Below the pieces are notes generated by a model, which did not search any database, was not told the origin of the DNA, and worked only from the letters and a program-made list of their open reading frames with translations. A stretch of DNA of 64,000 nt, taken from assembly GCA_964384105.1 (NCBI GenBank), contig CAYLJV010000002.1:648-64647 (forward strand). Reading direction: 5' to 3'. Of this stretch, positions 49,080-57,518 are shown in pieces (the stretch's first letter is position 1; every line of letters starts with the position of its first letter). The position numbers and the translations under genes are program-made. This stretch comes from Candidatus Hadarchaeota archaeon. Its GTDB lineage: Archaea; Hadarchaeota; Hadarchaeia; Hadarchaeales; JAGGTB01.

Positions 49080-49358
49080 CTACCTTTCAAAAGCCTTGCT
49101 AGCGGCAAAGAGGCCCTGAAATCCACAGGTCCCTTCTACCACTTCGACCGTCTCCAATATCTCCTCCTCGGTAGCGCCCAATTCTCTTGCCCGCCTCGAT
49201 AATGTCCTTACACCATCAATATCGCCGTTTCCAGCATCGAGAGCCATCGCTATCAAAACCTTAGTTTTAGCTGTTAGCGCACCGTCGCTGAAGTTTTTCT
49301 TGTAGTTCTCAAGGAGATTGGAAGTATATTCGGGATCTTTCTCCTTCATTGTTTTCAA
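49080..49358 (-). CDS. Small AhpD-like / carboxymuconolactone-decarboxylase-like protein
   Basis: Weak resemblance to the CMD-family helical core. Confidence 0.25.
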   Translation of the reverse strand: MKTMKEKDPEYTSNLLENYKKNFSDGALTAKTKVLIAMALDAGNGDIDGVRTLSRRARELGATEEEILETVEVVEGTCGFQGLFAASKAFER

Positions 49359-49508
49359 GAAATCAGGTACTTTTTCAGTAATAGTAAATCACCTCCTATT
49401 TATCCTCATTAACCTAATCTATCCTTTAAAAGAACCAAGTCTTTAAAAAACAAAATTCTGTATTACTTTTATCTTTAAAATAGAGTAAATCAGCGACAAA
49501 ATTAAAAA

Positions 49509-50030
49509 TTACATCAAATATCGATCCTTCTTCTTGTCCATATTCAAAAAAACATCTGCTTCCCTTACAAGTTCTTCTGCAGTAGACTTTCCGAAAGATA
49601 TGATCTCAACCTGAATTCCTTTGGCTTGTAAGTGTTTAACGAGAGACACAAAATCACCATCGCCGGAGACTAATACGACAACATCGATCTTGTCCGACAT
49701 TCTTATCGCATCTATAGCGATACCCATGTCCCAGTCACCCTTCTTGGTCCCTCCGTAGAACTCCCTCAGTTCCTTTCTCTTAACTTTAAAGCCGATGTCC
49801 TCAATGGCCTCAAAAAAGTTTTCCTCATCAGGTGTGTGAGCTTCTATCACATAAGCTACCGCCCTAATAATTCTCCTGCCGTCTCTAGCAACTTTTAGAA
49901 GTTTTGCATAATCAACCTTAGAATCGTAGAGGTTTTTGGCAGAGTAATACATGTTCTGAACATCAACAAAGACTGCTACTCTTTGATCCCTAAATGAAGT
50001 TTTTCTAATAATACCACCTCTTCTAAACAA
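49509..50030 (-). CDS. NYN / LabA-like (DUF88) domain protein
   Basis: 'VAVFVDVQNMYYSA' and 'VVLVSGDGDFVSLVKHLQAKG'. Confidence 0.65.
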   Translation of the reverse strand: MFRRGGIIRKTSFRDQRVAVFVDVQNMYYSAKNLYDSKVDYAKLLKVARDGRRIIRAVAYVIEAHTPDEENFFEAIEDIGFKVKRKELREFYGGTKKGDWDMGIAIDAIRMSDKIDVVVLVSGDGDFVSLVKHLQAKGIQVEIISFGKSTAEELVREADVFLNMDKKKDRYLM

Positions 50031-50118
50031 ACTTGATTAAATATACTTAAAGAATGAATCCATCTAAAAAAGAAATCTAATAAATTATAAGAAAATTTAA
50101 CATTTTGAAGGGAATAAT

Positions 50119-50907
50119 TTACTTCGTCTTTTTCCCCATAAGCAGCCACTCATCCGATAAGAAATATCTAAGAATAGGATAAAGAGGGTTCTTTTTTCTC
50201 GATCCATAGGACAAATACTTCTTATCCTCGATAATATCAAAGTCATTCTTTCTGCACAAATCTACAATCTTCGAGGTAGGAACTCCCCCGTTATCACCAT
50301 TATGAATGTGAAAATCGCAATACTCTCTATCAATCCCATCCCCACCAGAATAAGGAGGTAGACCCAGTTCCAACCCCTCGTTCAGAAGATCACAAAACTT
50401 TATGTAAAATTTTACCCAACCGTTTTCCCTCTTTATCGGTTCGTGATCGATATAAAGAACCCCGCCTTCCCTCAAAATCCGAGATATCTCTGAAATCGGC
50501 TCTGAAAAATTAGGAAGATGATGTAAAACAGAATATGAAGTTACAACATCAAAAGAACCTTCGGGAAAGGGAAGTTCAGAAGCCTTTCCTCTGACAAGAC
50601 TCAGGTCATCTTCATTACAAGCATAGTTATCCCTAGCTCTCGAAAGCATTTCCCTCGAAAGGTCCACTCCCAATACTTCTCCAAATCGGGTTTGTAATTT
50701 TTTCAACATGTTTCCGGTCCCACAACCCACATCGAGAGCTCTCGCATCGGAACTATCAATTTCTAAATAATTATTTACCTTATCCAAGTTTGACCTTATT
50801 CGCTTCTGCTCCCACTCGTTGTAAATCTCGTATTTATCGCTCTCGTAATTCTCGGCTTCCTTCTCGTGAGACCTAAGATTTTCCTTGACGACCTTAATTT
50901 TTGACAT
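50119..50907 (-). CDS. Class I SAM-dependent methyltransferase
   Basis: 'ALDVGCGTGNMLKKL' motif I. Confidence 0.65.
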   Translation of the reverse strand: MSKIKVVKENLRSHEKEAENYESDKYEIYNEWEQKRIRSNLDKVNNYLEIDSSDARALDVGCGTGNMLKKLQTRFGEVLGVDLSREMLSRARDNYACNEDDLSLVRGKASELPFPEGSFDVVTSYSVLHHLPNFSEPISEISRILREGGVLYIDHEPIKRENGWVKFYIKFCDLLNEGLELGLPPYSGGDGIDREYCDFHIHNGDNGGVPTSKIVDLCRKNDFDIIEDKKYLSYGSRKKNPLYPILRYFLSDEWLLMGKKTK

Positions 50908-50992
50908 AAAATCATCGGGTAAAAAAACAAACTATTCTTTTAAAACTTGTGAAATAGAAAGCACCAAAAATCAAAATGTATACTTTCCTAAC

Positions 50993-51739
50993 ATGACGAT
51001 TATGAAAACTAAGAAAGTATTTATCGAAAACAAGGATGGAGAAAGAATTGCGGCAGTAATACACAATCCACTAAAAGAATCAAAAGCGACCATACTACTT
51101 CAGCATGGGCTTTATTCCAATAAGGAAGGAAGTTGGGAAAGAAGGGCAGATTACTTCGCAAAAAATGGTTTCAAATCGGTGAGATTCGATAGAAGAGGAT
51201 ACGGTGAGTCTGATGGAGAGTTTCATGAATTCAATCTAACAACCGGGATAGAAGATTCGATTTCGGTGATGAACTTCCTAGAAGGTAAGGGGAATCAAAA
51301 ATACGGGATTTTTGGTTCGAGTTTTGGTGGGCTAATAGCCATACATGCAGCTTCTAAAGATAAAAGAATAAAGACTCTAGCTTTGAGGGCCCCAGTCACT
51401 TATCATGAAAGTGTTTTTTCTAATTTAAAAGAAGAAATAGAGGAAAAAGGAAAAATAAAACCAGAAGAAATGCCAGGAGCATATATAAAAAAGAGCTTCT
51501 TCACAGATTTAGACTCATATGACACTGAAAAAGCCGCAAAAAACATAGAAGTACCCACCATCATCTTTCACGGGGAAAATGATAGTGTCGTACCCATAGA
51601 AGGATCGAAGCGTTTCTATGAGTTGATAGACACCAAGAAAAAATTTGAAAAGTTTACTAAAGAAGGACACATATTCTCAGAAAGAAAAGATAAGGTTGCG
51701 CTAGAAAAATCGGCTAGATGGTTTTTGCAAAACCTATAG
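50993..51739 (+). CDS. Alpha/beta hydrolase
   Basis: 'GIFGSSFGG' nucleophile elbow (GxSxG). The start is placed at the internal ATG 50993 to avoid overlapping the convergent MTase. Confidence 0.6.
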   Translation: MTIMKTKKVFIENKDGERIAAVIHNPLKESKATILLQHGLYSNKEGSWERRADYFAKNGFKSVRFDRRGYGESDGEFHEFNLTTGIEDSISVMNFLEGKGNQKYGIFGSSFGGLIAIHAASKDKRIKTLALRAPVTYHESVFSNLKEEIEEKGKIKPEEMPGAYIKKSFFTDLDSYDTEKAAKNIEVPTIIFHGENDSVVPIEGSKRFYELIDTKKKFEKFTKEGHIFSERKDKVALEKSARWFLQNL

Positions 51740-51760
51740 GGTTTACACTGTTAGACCGAC

Positions 51761-52312
51761 CTAGTAATACCCTGGATGGTCTCTTTTTAGGAGTCGATCT
51801 AACTCTCTAGAAAGTTCTCTCCTGAGTTCCTCTTGTCTCTCGGATATATAGCTCAAGGGACTCTTAGAAGAATAGGGACCAATCGCCATCAAACTCGGTG
51901 AGTCTGCAGAACCGAAAGGTACCGGTTCTTTTTCCATAGCTTCTCCAACTATCTTCTTCCTAAATTCGAGAAGATCTTTTTTGAACTCATCCTTTGAATC
52001 GTAATCTTCCATTCTTGGAATGTTATTAAGAAAATCCTCCGTCTCTTCCTTACTAAACTTTCTAAATCCAAAATCAGGGAGATTTTTAACTAACTGATCT
52101 TCCTCAACCTCCAACCTTGCACCGATCCCTACCGGGTTAGGAGTATAAATAGAATCTATCTTAAGGAAAAATGCCTCGTCACCCTGGATTATATACGCTT
52201 CGTAGAAACTGTCTTTTTCAGGCGGGGAAAGCCAAAAGCTCCATCCCTTCGGATCCTTCTGATAGCTCTTATAAAATTCCTTCATTACCTCTTTTGCTCT
52301 CTTCTTTTTCAT
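51761..52312 (-). CDS. Hypothetical protein
   Basis: ORF only. Confidence 0.3.
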   Translation of the reverse strand: MKKKRAKEVMKEFYKSYQKDPKGWSFWLSPPEKDSFYEAYIIQGDEAFFLKIDSIYTPNPVGIGARLEVEEDQLVKNLPDFGFRKFSKEETEDFLNNIPRMEDYDSKDEFKKDLLEFRKKIVGEAMEKEPVPFGSADSPSLMAIGPYSSKSPLSYISERQEELRRELSRELDRLLKRDHPGYY

Positions 52313-52464
52313 TCGGACACCTCCTAGATAACTAAAAATGCGTTTTCTTTCGATTATTAGCCTAAGTATCTGCTAGTAAATAATACTTCAGTCACCTCAT
52401 GTACTGCTGAAACAAATAATTATCTAAAGATCCATAAACCCATCTCAGATTCTGTTTAAAAGAA

Positions 52465-52481
52465 TTTTAATATGATTAAAA
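52465..52481. promoter_or_regulatory. AT-rich palindrome TTTTAAT-ATG-ATTAAAA upstream of the first RHH gene; candidate operator/TATA region
   Basis: Perfect 7-bp inverted arms about 16-25 nt upstream of the start. Confidence 0.3.
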
Positions 52482-52496
52482 AAATTTGGTTAGTAG

Positions 52497-52712
52497 GTGG
52501 AACAATTGGGCAAAAAAAGTATTTCAATATCTGAGAAACTATACAAAAAGATCAAAGACAGAGTCGAAGGAACAGGATTTGAGTCTGTAGAAGAATACGT
52601 AGATTACGTTCTGAGAGAAATTGTTACTGAAGACGAAGAAGAAGAAGAATTTTCTGAAGAAGACGAAGAAAAAGTCAGAGAAAGGCTCCGAGCACTCGGT
52701 TATATGGACTAA
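52497..52712 (+). CDS. Small RHH (CopG-like) protein with an acidic linker and a C-terminal RLRALGYMD tail
   Basis: 'ISISEKLYKKIKDRVEGTGFESVEEYVDYVLREI' RHH pattern. An alternative TTG start at 52506 is preceded by AGGTGG. Confidence 0.45.
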   Translation: MEQLGKKSISISEKLYKKIKDRVEGTGFESVEEYVDYVLREIVTEDEEEEEFSEEDEEKVRERLRALGYMD

Positions 52713-52836
52713 AAAAGTGAAATCGCCAGACCTAAATCAACTTCCTACTTCTATTTTACAGCAAAACTAATTATCATCTCCTGTTTTCATGTGAACAAGT
52801 TCTTAAGCAAAGTTTTTAATTACAAGTAATTAGATG

Positions 52837-52854
52837 TTAATTATAGATAATTAA
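52837..52854. promoter_or_regulatory. AT-rich palindrome TTAATTAT-AG-ATAATTAA immediately upstream of the second RHH gene
   Basis: 8-bp inverted arms 11-28 nt upstream of the ATG at 52865. Confidence 0.3.
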
Positions 52855-52864
52855 AGGTAGAAAA

Positions 52865-53092
52865 ATGGGAAAGAAAAAATCCAAGAAAACCAAATTCACC
52901 ACAGTCTCTATTCCGGTCCCTCTGTTCGAAAAGGCCAAAAAACAGATTGAAGGAACCGGCTTCACTTCAGTCTCAAGCTATGTAGGCTATATACTTCGCG
53001 AAGTAATCGCCAAAAGTAAAGAAAAACCATTCACCGAAGAAAGTGAAAAAGAAATCAGAGAAAAATTGAAAGCACTTGGTTATCTGGAGTGA
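52865..53092 (+). CDS. Small RHH (CopG-like) protein with a C-terminal KLKALGYLE tail, translationally coupled to cysD
   Basis: 'VSIPVPLFEKAKKQIEGTGFTSVSSYVGYILREVI'. Paralogue of 52497..52712. The stop overlaps the cysD GTG start. Confidence 0.45.
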   Translation: MGKKKSKKTKFTTVSIPVPLFEKAKKQIEGTGFTSVSSYVGYILREVIAKSKEKPFTEESEKEIREKLKALGYLE

Positions 53093-53913
53093 TAAACGTG
53101 AAAGAAGAGAAAAGATTAAATCATCTTGACGAACTAGAAAGTGAATCGGTCTTCATCATCAGAGAGGCCTACAAAAAATATGACAACCTGGGAATGCTTT
53201 GGTCGGCCGGAAAAGACTCTACAACGCTTGCTTACCTCGCAAAGAAGGCATTTTTAGGAAAAGTACCAATTCCTGCTATCTATATAGACACAGGATATCA
53301 CTTCCAAGAAATGTACGATTTTAGAGATAAACTAGCGGAAAAATGGGGCTTGAATTTGATAAATGCAAAAAATGAAGAAGCTGATGAGGAGGGAATCACA
53401 CCTGAAGACAAGCTGGATTGCTGCGGAAAAAGAAAAACAAAGGCCTTAAAGGACATAATAGCAAAACACGGATTCGATGCGCTATTAGTTGGAATAAGAA
53501 GAGATGAGCACGGCGTTCGGGCGAAAGAACGTACCTTCAGTCCACGAGACCGAGATTTCCAGTGGAATTACAAAGATCAACCTCCCGAATTATGGGACCA
53601 GTACAAATCAGAGAAGGAATCAGGACAGCACCTCAGAGTTCACCCACTACTTTCATGGACAGAGCTCGACGTATGGAAATATATACAGAGAGAAGACCTA
53701 CCGGTCAATCCACTCTATTTCGCCAAGAATGGTAAAAGATTCAGATCTCTAGGATGTAAACCTTGCACCGACCCCGTAGAAAGCGAAGTGAAAAGCGTTG
53801 AAGGTATGATAAAAGAGGTTAAAGAAAGCGAGATCGGTGAGAGAAGTGGGAGAGCTCAGGATAAAGAGGAGGCCCATGCTATGCAAAAGCTACGAAGTTT
53901 AGGCTACATGTGA
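53089..53913 (+). CDS. cysD: Sulfate adenylyltransferase subunit 2 (PAPS-reductase-family PP-loop protein)
   Basis: 'WSAGKDSTTLAYLAKKAF' PP-loop, 'IDTGYHFQEMYDFRD', 'RRDEHGVRAKERTFSPRDRDFQWNYKDQPPELW'. As recalled, these align closely with E. coli CysD, including the C-terminal ..LGYM tail. Confidence 0.8.
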   Translation: MINVKEEKRLNHLDELESESVFIIREAYKKYDNLGMLWSAGKDSTTLAYLAKKAFLGKVPIPAIYIDTGYHFQEMYDFRDKLAEKWGLNLINAKNEEADEEGITPEDKLDCCGKRKTKALKDIIAKHGFDALLVGIRRDEHGVRAKERTFSPRDRDFQWNYKDQPPELWDQYKSEKESGQHLRVHPLLSWTELDVWKYIQREDLPVNPLYFAKNGKRFRSLGCKPCTDPVESEVKSVEGMIKEVKESEIGERSGRAQDKEEAHAMQKLRSLGYM

Positions 53914-53935
53914 GTTCAATGAAAGTGATGTAAAG

Positions 53936-55162
53936 ATGGAAGATGAAGTTTTAAGATTTGTATTGGTTGGTCATGTAGACCATGGGAAAAGTACTCTCAT
54001 AGGTAGGCTCTTCTACGATACAGACTCTCTACCCGCAGGCAAATATGAGGAGATAAAGACGGCCTGTGAGGCAATGGGGAGAGATTTCGAATTTGGATAC
54101 GTGATGGACCACTTGGAAGAAGAGAGAACCCAAGGCGTAACAATTGATACTGCTCAAACTTTCTTCGATACTGACAAGAGAAGCTATAACATAATAGATG
54201 CCCCCGGCCACGTGGAGTTTGTCAAAAACATGATAACAGGCGCCAGTCAGGCGGAAGCGGCTATCCTCATAGACGATGTTTCCGAAGGCGTTCAAGAACA
54301 AACGAGAAGACACGCCTATATTCTAAGCATGTTGGGGCTAGAACAAGTAATCGTCGTCCTGAATAAAATGGACCTAGTAGGTTATGATCGAGAAAAATTC
54401 GAAGATGTCAAGAAAAAATTACTTCATTTCCTGAACTCAATTGGAATCGAACCAACTTACGTAATTCCCATCTCTGCAAAAGAAGGAGACTTCGTAGCCA
54501 AAAGAATAGAAAATTTGGGCTGGTACGATGGGCCAACAGTTCTCGAAGCTCTCGACACCTTCAAGAAAAAGCCATCACCAACAGAAAAACCACTCAGACT
54601 ACCCGTTCAGGACGTCTATAAGTTCAATGATACTCGTGCCGCTGTTGGAAAAGTAGAAAGTGGGATAATAAGAGAAGGAGACGAGATATTGGTAATGCCC
54701 GGAAATAGGAAAACAACCGTAAAAAAACTCGTCGAATACAACCGGGAACCCACAGAAGCCATAGCTGGAAAAAGTATAGGTATCTCCACTTCGGATAAAC
54801 TATTCCTAGATCGAGGAAATGTGATCTCCGATCCAGAGAACCCCCCCAGGATAACTGACACCATCAAAGGTCACATATTTTGGATGGATGAAAAACCCTA
54901 CGAGAATGGCGAAAGAATAAAATTCAAATGCTCAACACAAGAGGTCATGAGCGAGTTAGAAATAGAAGAAGTGCTAGACTCTTCGACCCTCGAAGTCGTT
55001 AGTGAAAACGGAGGCAATAGAATAGAAAACCGGCAAATAGCAAATGTTATCATTAAGACCTCAAAGGCCGTGGTAATTGAGAACTTTAATAATATTCAAG
55101 GCCTTGGAAGGTTCGTTCTCGAAAGAAAAGACACCTGCGCAGGCGGGATAATAACCGAGTAG
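53936..55162 (+). CDS. cysN: Sulfate adenylyltransferase subunit 1 (GTPase, EF-Tu-like)
   Basis: 'VGHVDHGKSTLIGRL', 'DAPGH', 'NKMD' GTPase motifs with CysN-like context. Confidence 0.8.
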   Translation: MEDEVLRFVLVGHVDHGKSTLIGRLFYDTDSLPAGKYEEIKTACEAMGRDFEFGYVMDHLEEERTQGVTIDTAQTFFDTDKRSYNIIDAPGHVEFVKNMITGASQAEAAILIDDVSEGVQEQTRRHAYILSMLGLEQVIVVLNKMDLVGYDREKFEDVKKKLLHFLNSIGIEPTYVIPISAKEGDFVAKRIENLGWYDGPTVLEALDTFKKKPSPTEKPLRLPVQDVYKFNDTRAAVGKVESGIIREGDEILVMPGNRKTTVKKLVEYNREPTEAIAGKSIGISTSDKLFLDRGNVISDPENPPRITDTIKGHIFWMDEKPYENGERIKFKCSTQEVMSELEIEEVLDSSTLEVVSENGGNRIENRQIANVIIKTSKAVVIENFNNIQGLGRFVLERKDTCAGGIITE

Positions 55163-55172
55163 GTGCTTAGAA

Positions 55173-55901
55173 ATGACCGTAGTATTTGCCATAGACGCCC
55201 TTGAATACAAAAAAGTCGAAGATTTTGATTGTAAAAACTTAAAGCAAACGACTTATGGTAAAACCGATATCTCCGAGTTTGATCAGCCTAGAACGATGGT
55301 TCTTTGGAGTTCATTTATGACCGGCGAAAACAAAGAAGACGAGATCCTAGCGAAAGGAGATAAGGAGATGTGGAACACCAAATTTTCAATAGAGGATACC
55401 TTCTTCTCGAGTTTCGGAGATCCAAAAATAATAGATCTCCCTGGCTTTTCATACGATCGAGAACAGCATGAAAAAGAAAGAGAACTTCTGAAGAAATTTT
55501 TCGAAGAAACAAATGATAAAGATCAAAAGAAGGAGATAAGAAAAGAGTATAACCAACATGGACTAAAACACCATAGAAAAATAAAAGAAGAATTTCTAGA
55601 GTCCCTAGAGGCCGACCATGACTTCTTGCTCGGATATTTCTCGGCCGCGGATGTCGTAGGCCATCTAAATTTTGGAAACAATACTCTCATGAAAATGATA
55701 TACGAAGACCTCGACGATATCGCATTAGAAATAAAGAAAATAAGAGATGACCACATACTTGTTCTCTCGGATCATGGAATGAAAGGAGTAGGTATGTTTG
55801 GAGACCACAGTGATTATGGTTTTTGGTCATTTAATAGCAAATGTGAATTAGAAACCCCAAAATTAACAGATTTTGCTGATTTTCTAAAAAAATTAGACTA
55901 A
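55173..55901 (+). CDS. Alkaline-phosphatase-superfamily protein, subtype B, last gene of the RHH-cysD-cysN operon
   Basis: 'VVFAIDALEY...VLWSSFMTGEN' and 'ILVLSDHGMKGVGMFGDHSD'. Paralogue of 986..1963. SD AGGTG lies 9 nt upstream, 10 nt after the cysN stop. Confidence 0.5.
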   Translation: MTVVFAIDALEYKKVEDFDCKNLKQTTYGKTDISEFDQPRTMVLWSSFMTGENKEDEILAKGDKEMWNTKFSIEDTFFSSFGDPKIIDLPGFSYDREQHEKERELLKKFFEETNDKDQKKEIRKEYNQHGLKHHRKIKEEFLESLEADHDFLLGYFSAADVVGHLNFGNNTLMKMIYEDLDDIALEIKKIRDDHILVLSDHGMKGVGMFGDHSDYGFWSFNSKCELETPKLTDFADFLKKLD

Positions 55902-55916
55902 AATTGTAGATAATAC

Positions 55917-56321
55917 TTAAAGAGACCTCACTTTTCTCTTAATCTTCTCAAAAGCATCTCCAGATTTTACCTCAGGGTTTATAGGATCCTCTATATCCCA
56001 ATTTTTTATTTTATCCGAGGAAATCTGAAAGTTATCCACCAGATATCTCATGTGATCCTCTTCCATAACTACCACAGAATCTACCCTTTCCAAAACTCTT
56101 TCCTTTATTGGCTCTGGTTCCTTTTTAGCATGCATCGAAGCATCTTCGTTCTCTAAAAGAGACATAGCACTGTCAGAGATTCTGCTCGCCGGGTGTGTAC
56201 CTGCCGAACTCACCCTTACTTTGGGCTTGTACTTTTTTGTCAAAGCCTCAGCCACAGGACTCCGGAAGCTATTCCCTGTACACACGTAAAGAACTCTAAT
56301 ACTCTCACCTCCTTTCAACAT
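55917..56321 (-). CDS. Low-molecular-weight protein tyrosine phosphatase
   Basis: 'VLYVCTGNSFRSPVAEAL' is the CX5R P-loop of LMW-PTP / ArsC-type enzymes. Confidence 0.7.
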   Translation of the reverse strand: MLKGGESIRVLYVCTGNSFRSPVAEALTKKYKPKVRVSSAGTHPASRISDSAMSLLENEDASMHAKKEPEPIKERVLERVDSVVVMEEDHMRYLVDNFQISSDKIKNWDIEDPINPEVKSGDAFEKIKRKVRSL

Positions 56322-56359
56322 TAGTGGTCAAGATAAAATCCTTTCTCATCAAATCTGAA

Positions 56360-56530
56360 CTAATTCCCCTTTCTCCACTCTATCTTTTCCTCAAGATCTT
56401 CGGCATGAGGTGGACATATCCAAGCAACTTCCTCACCTTTAATTTTCTTCTTAGTCAAGCGAAGCCTCCCTTTAGCCTTCTGAGAAAAAGTATTTTTACA
56501 TCCTTTTATGTCACAAACTTTCTCACTCAA
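56360..56530 (-). CDS. Small Cys-containing ORF (56 aa, TTG start) upstream of the LMW-PTP
   Basis: Strong SD GGAGGTGA 5 nt upstream of TTG. 'CDIKGC....CPPH' motifs. Below the track cut-off. Confidence 0.2.
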   Translation of the reverse strand: MSEKVCDIKGCKNTFSQKAKGRLRLTKKKIKGEEVAWICPPHAEDLEEKIEWRKGN

Positions 56531-56695
56531 AGTATCACCTCCAATACAAATTTAAGATCCTCTTAAGTATTCTCAGGAGTGGTTAAAACTTTCCTCAAAT
56601 CGAAAAATTGAAACCAAAAATTAAAGAAAACTCAGGTTAGTTTAGAAAATACTTTTATATTTTGCAGAAAAGTGTGGAAAGGCGGGATGCTCTAG

Positions 56696-56956
56696 ATGAT
56701 TAAAGTACACGAGATCGGTGGAACAAAAACAATGAAGTGCCCTCAATGTAACAGTTGGATGAAATACATTAGTTGTTGGGAGGAATCCTACTTCCTCTGC
56801 ATGAAGTGCAACCAAGTAGAATTCGAAGTCAGGCAAACCCAAGAAAATGACTGTGAACTTTGCAGGCACTTTGGTAGCTGTAAAAACAAATGGGACATGG
56901 AAAATCTACATGGCTCACTTGCAACATGGTGCGAGGATTTTGAAATCGCTCATTAA
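56696..56956 (+). CDS. Small Cys-rich (zinc-finger-like) protein
   Basis: 'CPQCNSW..C..C...CMKCN' and 'CELCRHFGSC' clusters. Confidence 0.35.
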   Translation: MIKVHEIGGTKTMKCPQCNSWMKYISCWEESYFLCMKCNQVEFEVRQTQENDCELCRHFGSCKNKWDMENLHGSLATWCEDFEIAH

Positions 56957-57262
56957 AACCGTTACCTAAAATATTATTCCAATAAACGGACAAATAGATT
57001 TGAAATAGTCCGAGGCTGGTCGATTGGAAAACAGGAACGAGGAGCGATTATTTTCAATAAAAGCGTTGCTAATCCTGATAATCGGTGCCATTATTATTAG
57101 TTCAATTGCCCATATTCTCCCCGGAGAAACTATATCCGAAACCTACGGGTTCCTGATTAGATCAATTTTGCTTGTAGGATCGATTTTATTCATTCTCTTC
57201 GTAATCCACTATCTTTCAGGCGGGCTATAGCTCATCCTTTTAAAACCGATATTTGGAGAAAG

Positions 57263-57336
57263 CGGGCCCGGAGGGACTCGAACCCCCGACCTACGGCTTA
57301 GAAGGCCGTCGCTCTATCCAGCTGAGCTACGGGCCC
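57263..57336 (-). tRNA. tRNA-Arg (anticodon TCT)
   Basis: The reverse complement folds as a cloverleaf: acceptor GGGCCCG/CGGGCCC, D-arm GCTC..GAGC, anticodon stem ACGGC/GCCGT with loop CTTCTAA, T-arm GGGGG-TTCGAGT-CCCTC. CCA is not encoded. Confidence 0.85.
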
Positions 57337-57518
57337 CGCAGGTAACCTAATAGCACACCCAAAGTTAAGTTTTAGCCTTTTCAAGTGCTCGCAAATTTTC
57401 GAGCAAGCACTAACAAAATTCGCAAACTTGAAATAAAAACTAGCAACCTACAAAAACGTACAATCCATGTCAATCATTCAATAATTTTAAGAAGTACTAT
57501 TATTGCCCATTAATTGCA

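Noticed and set aside
53880-53913. The C-terminal LGYM/LGYMD tails considered as proteasome HbYX-type motifs
   Set aside because: HbYX requires a hydrophobic residue then Tyr at the penultimate position. Here Tyr is preceded by Gly, and two of the four tails have an extra acidic residue after the Y-M/L/F. The CysD-tail interpretation fits better.
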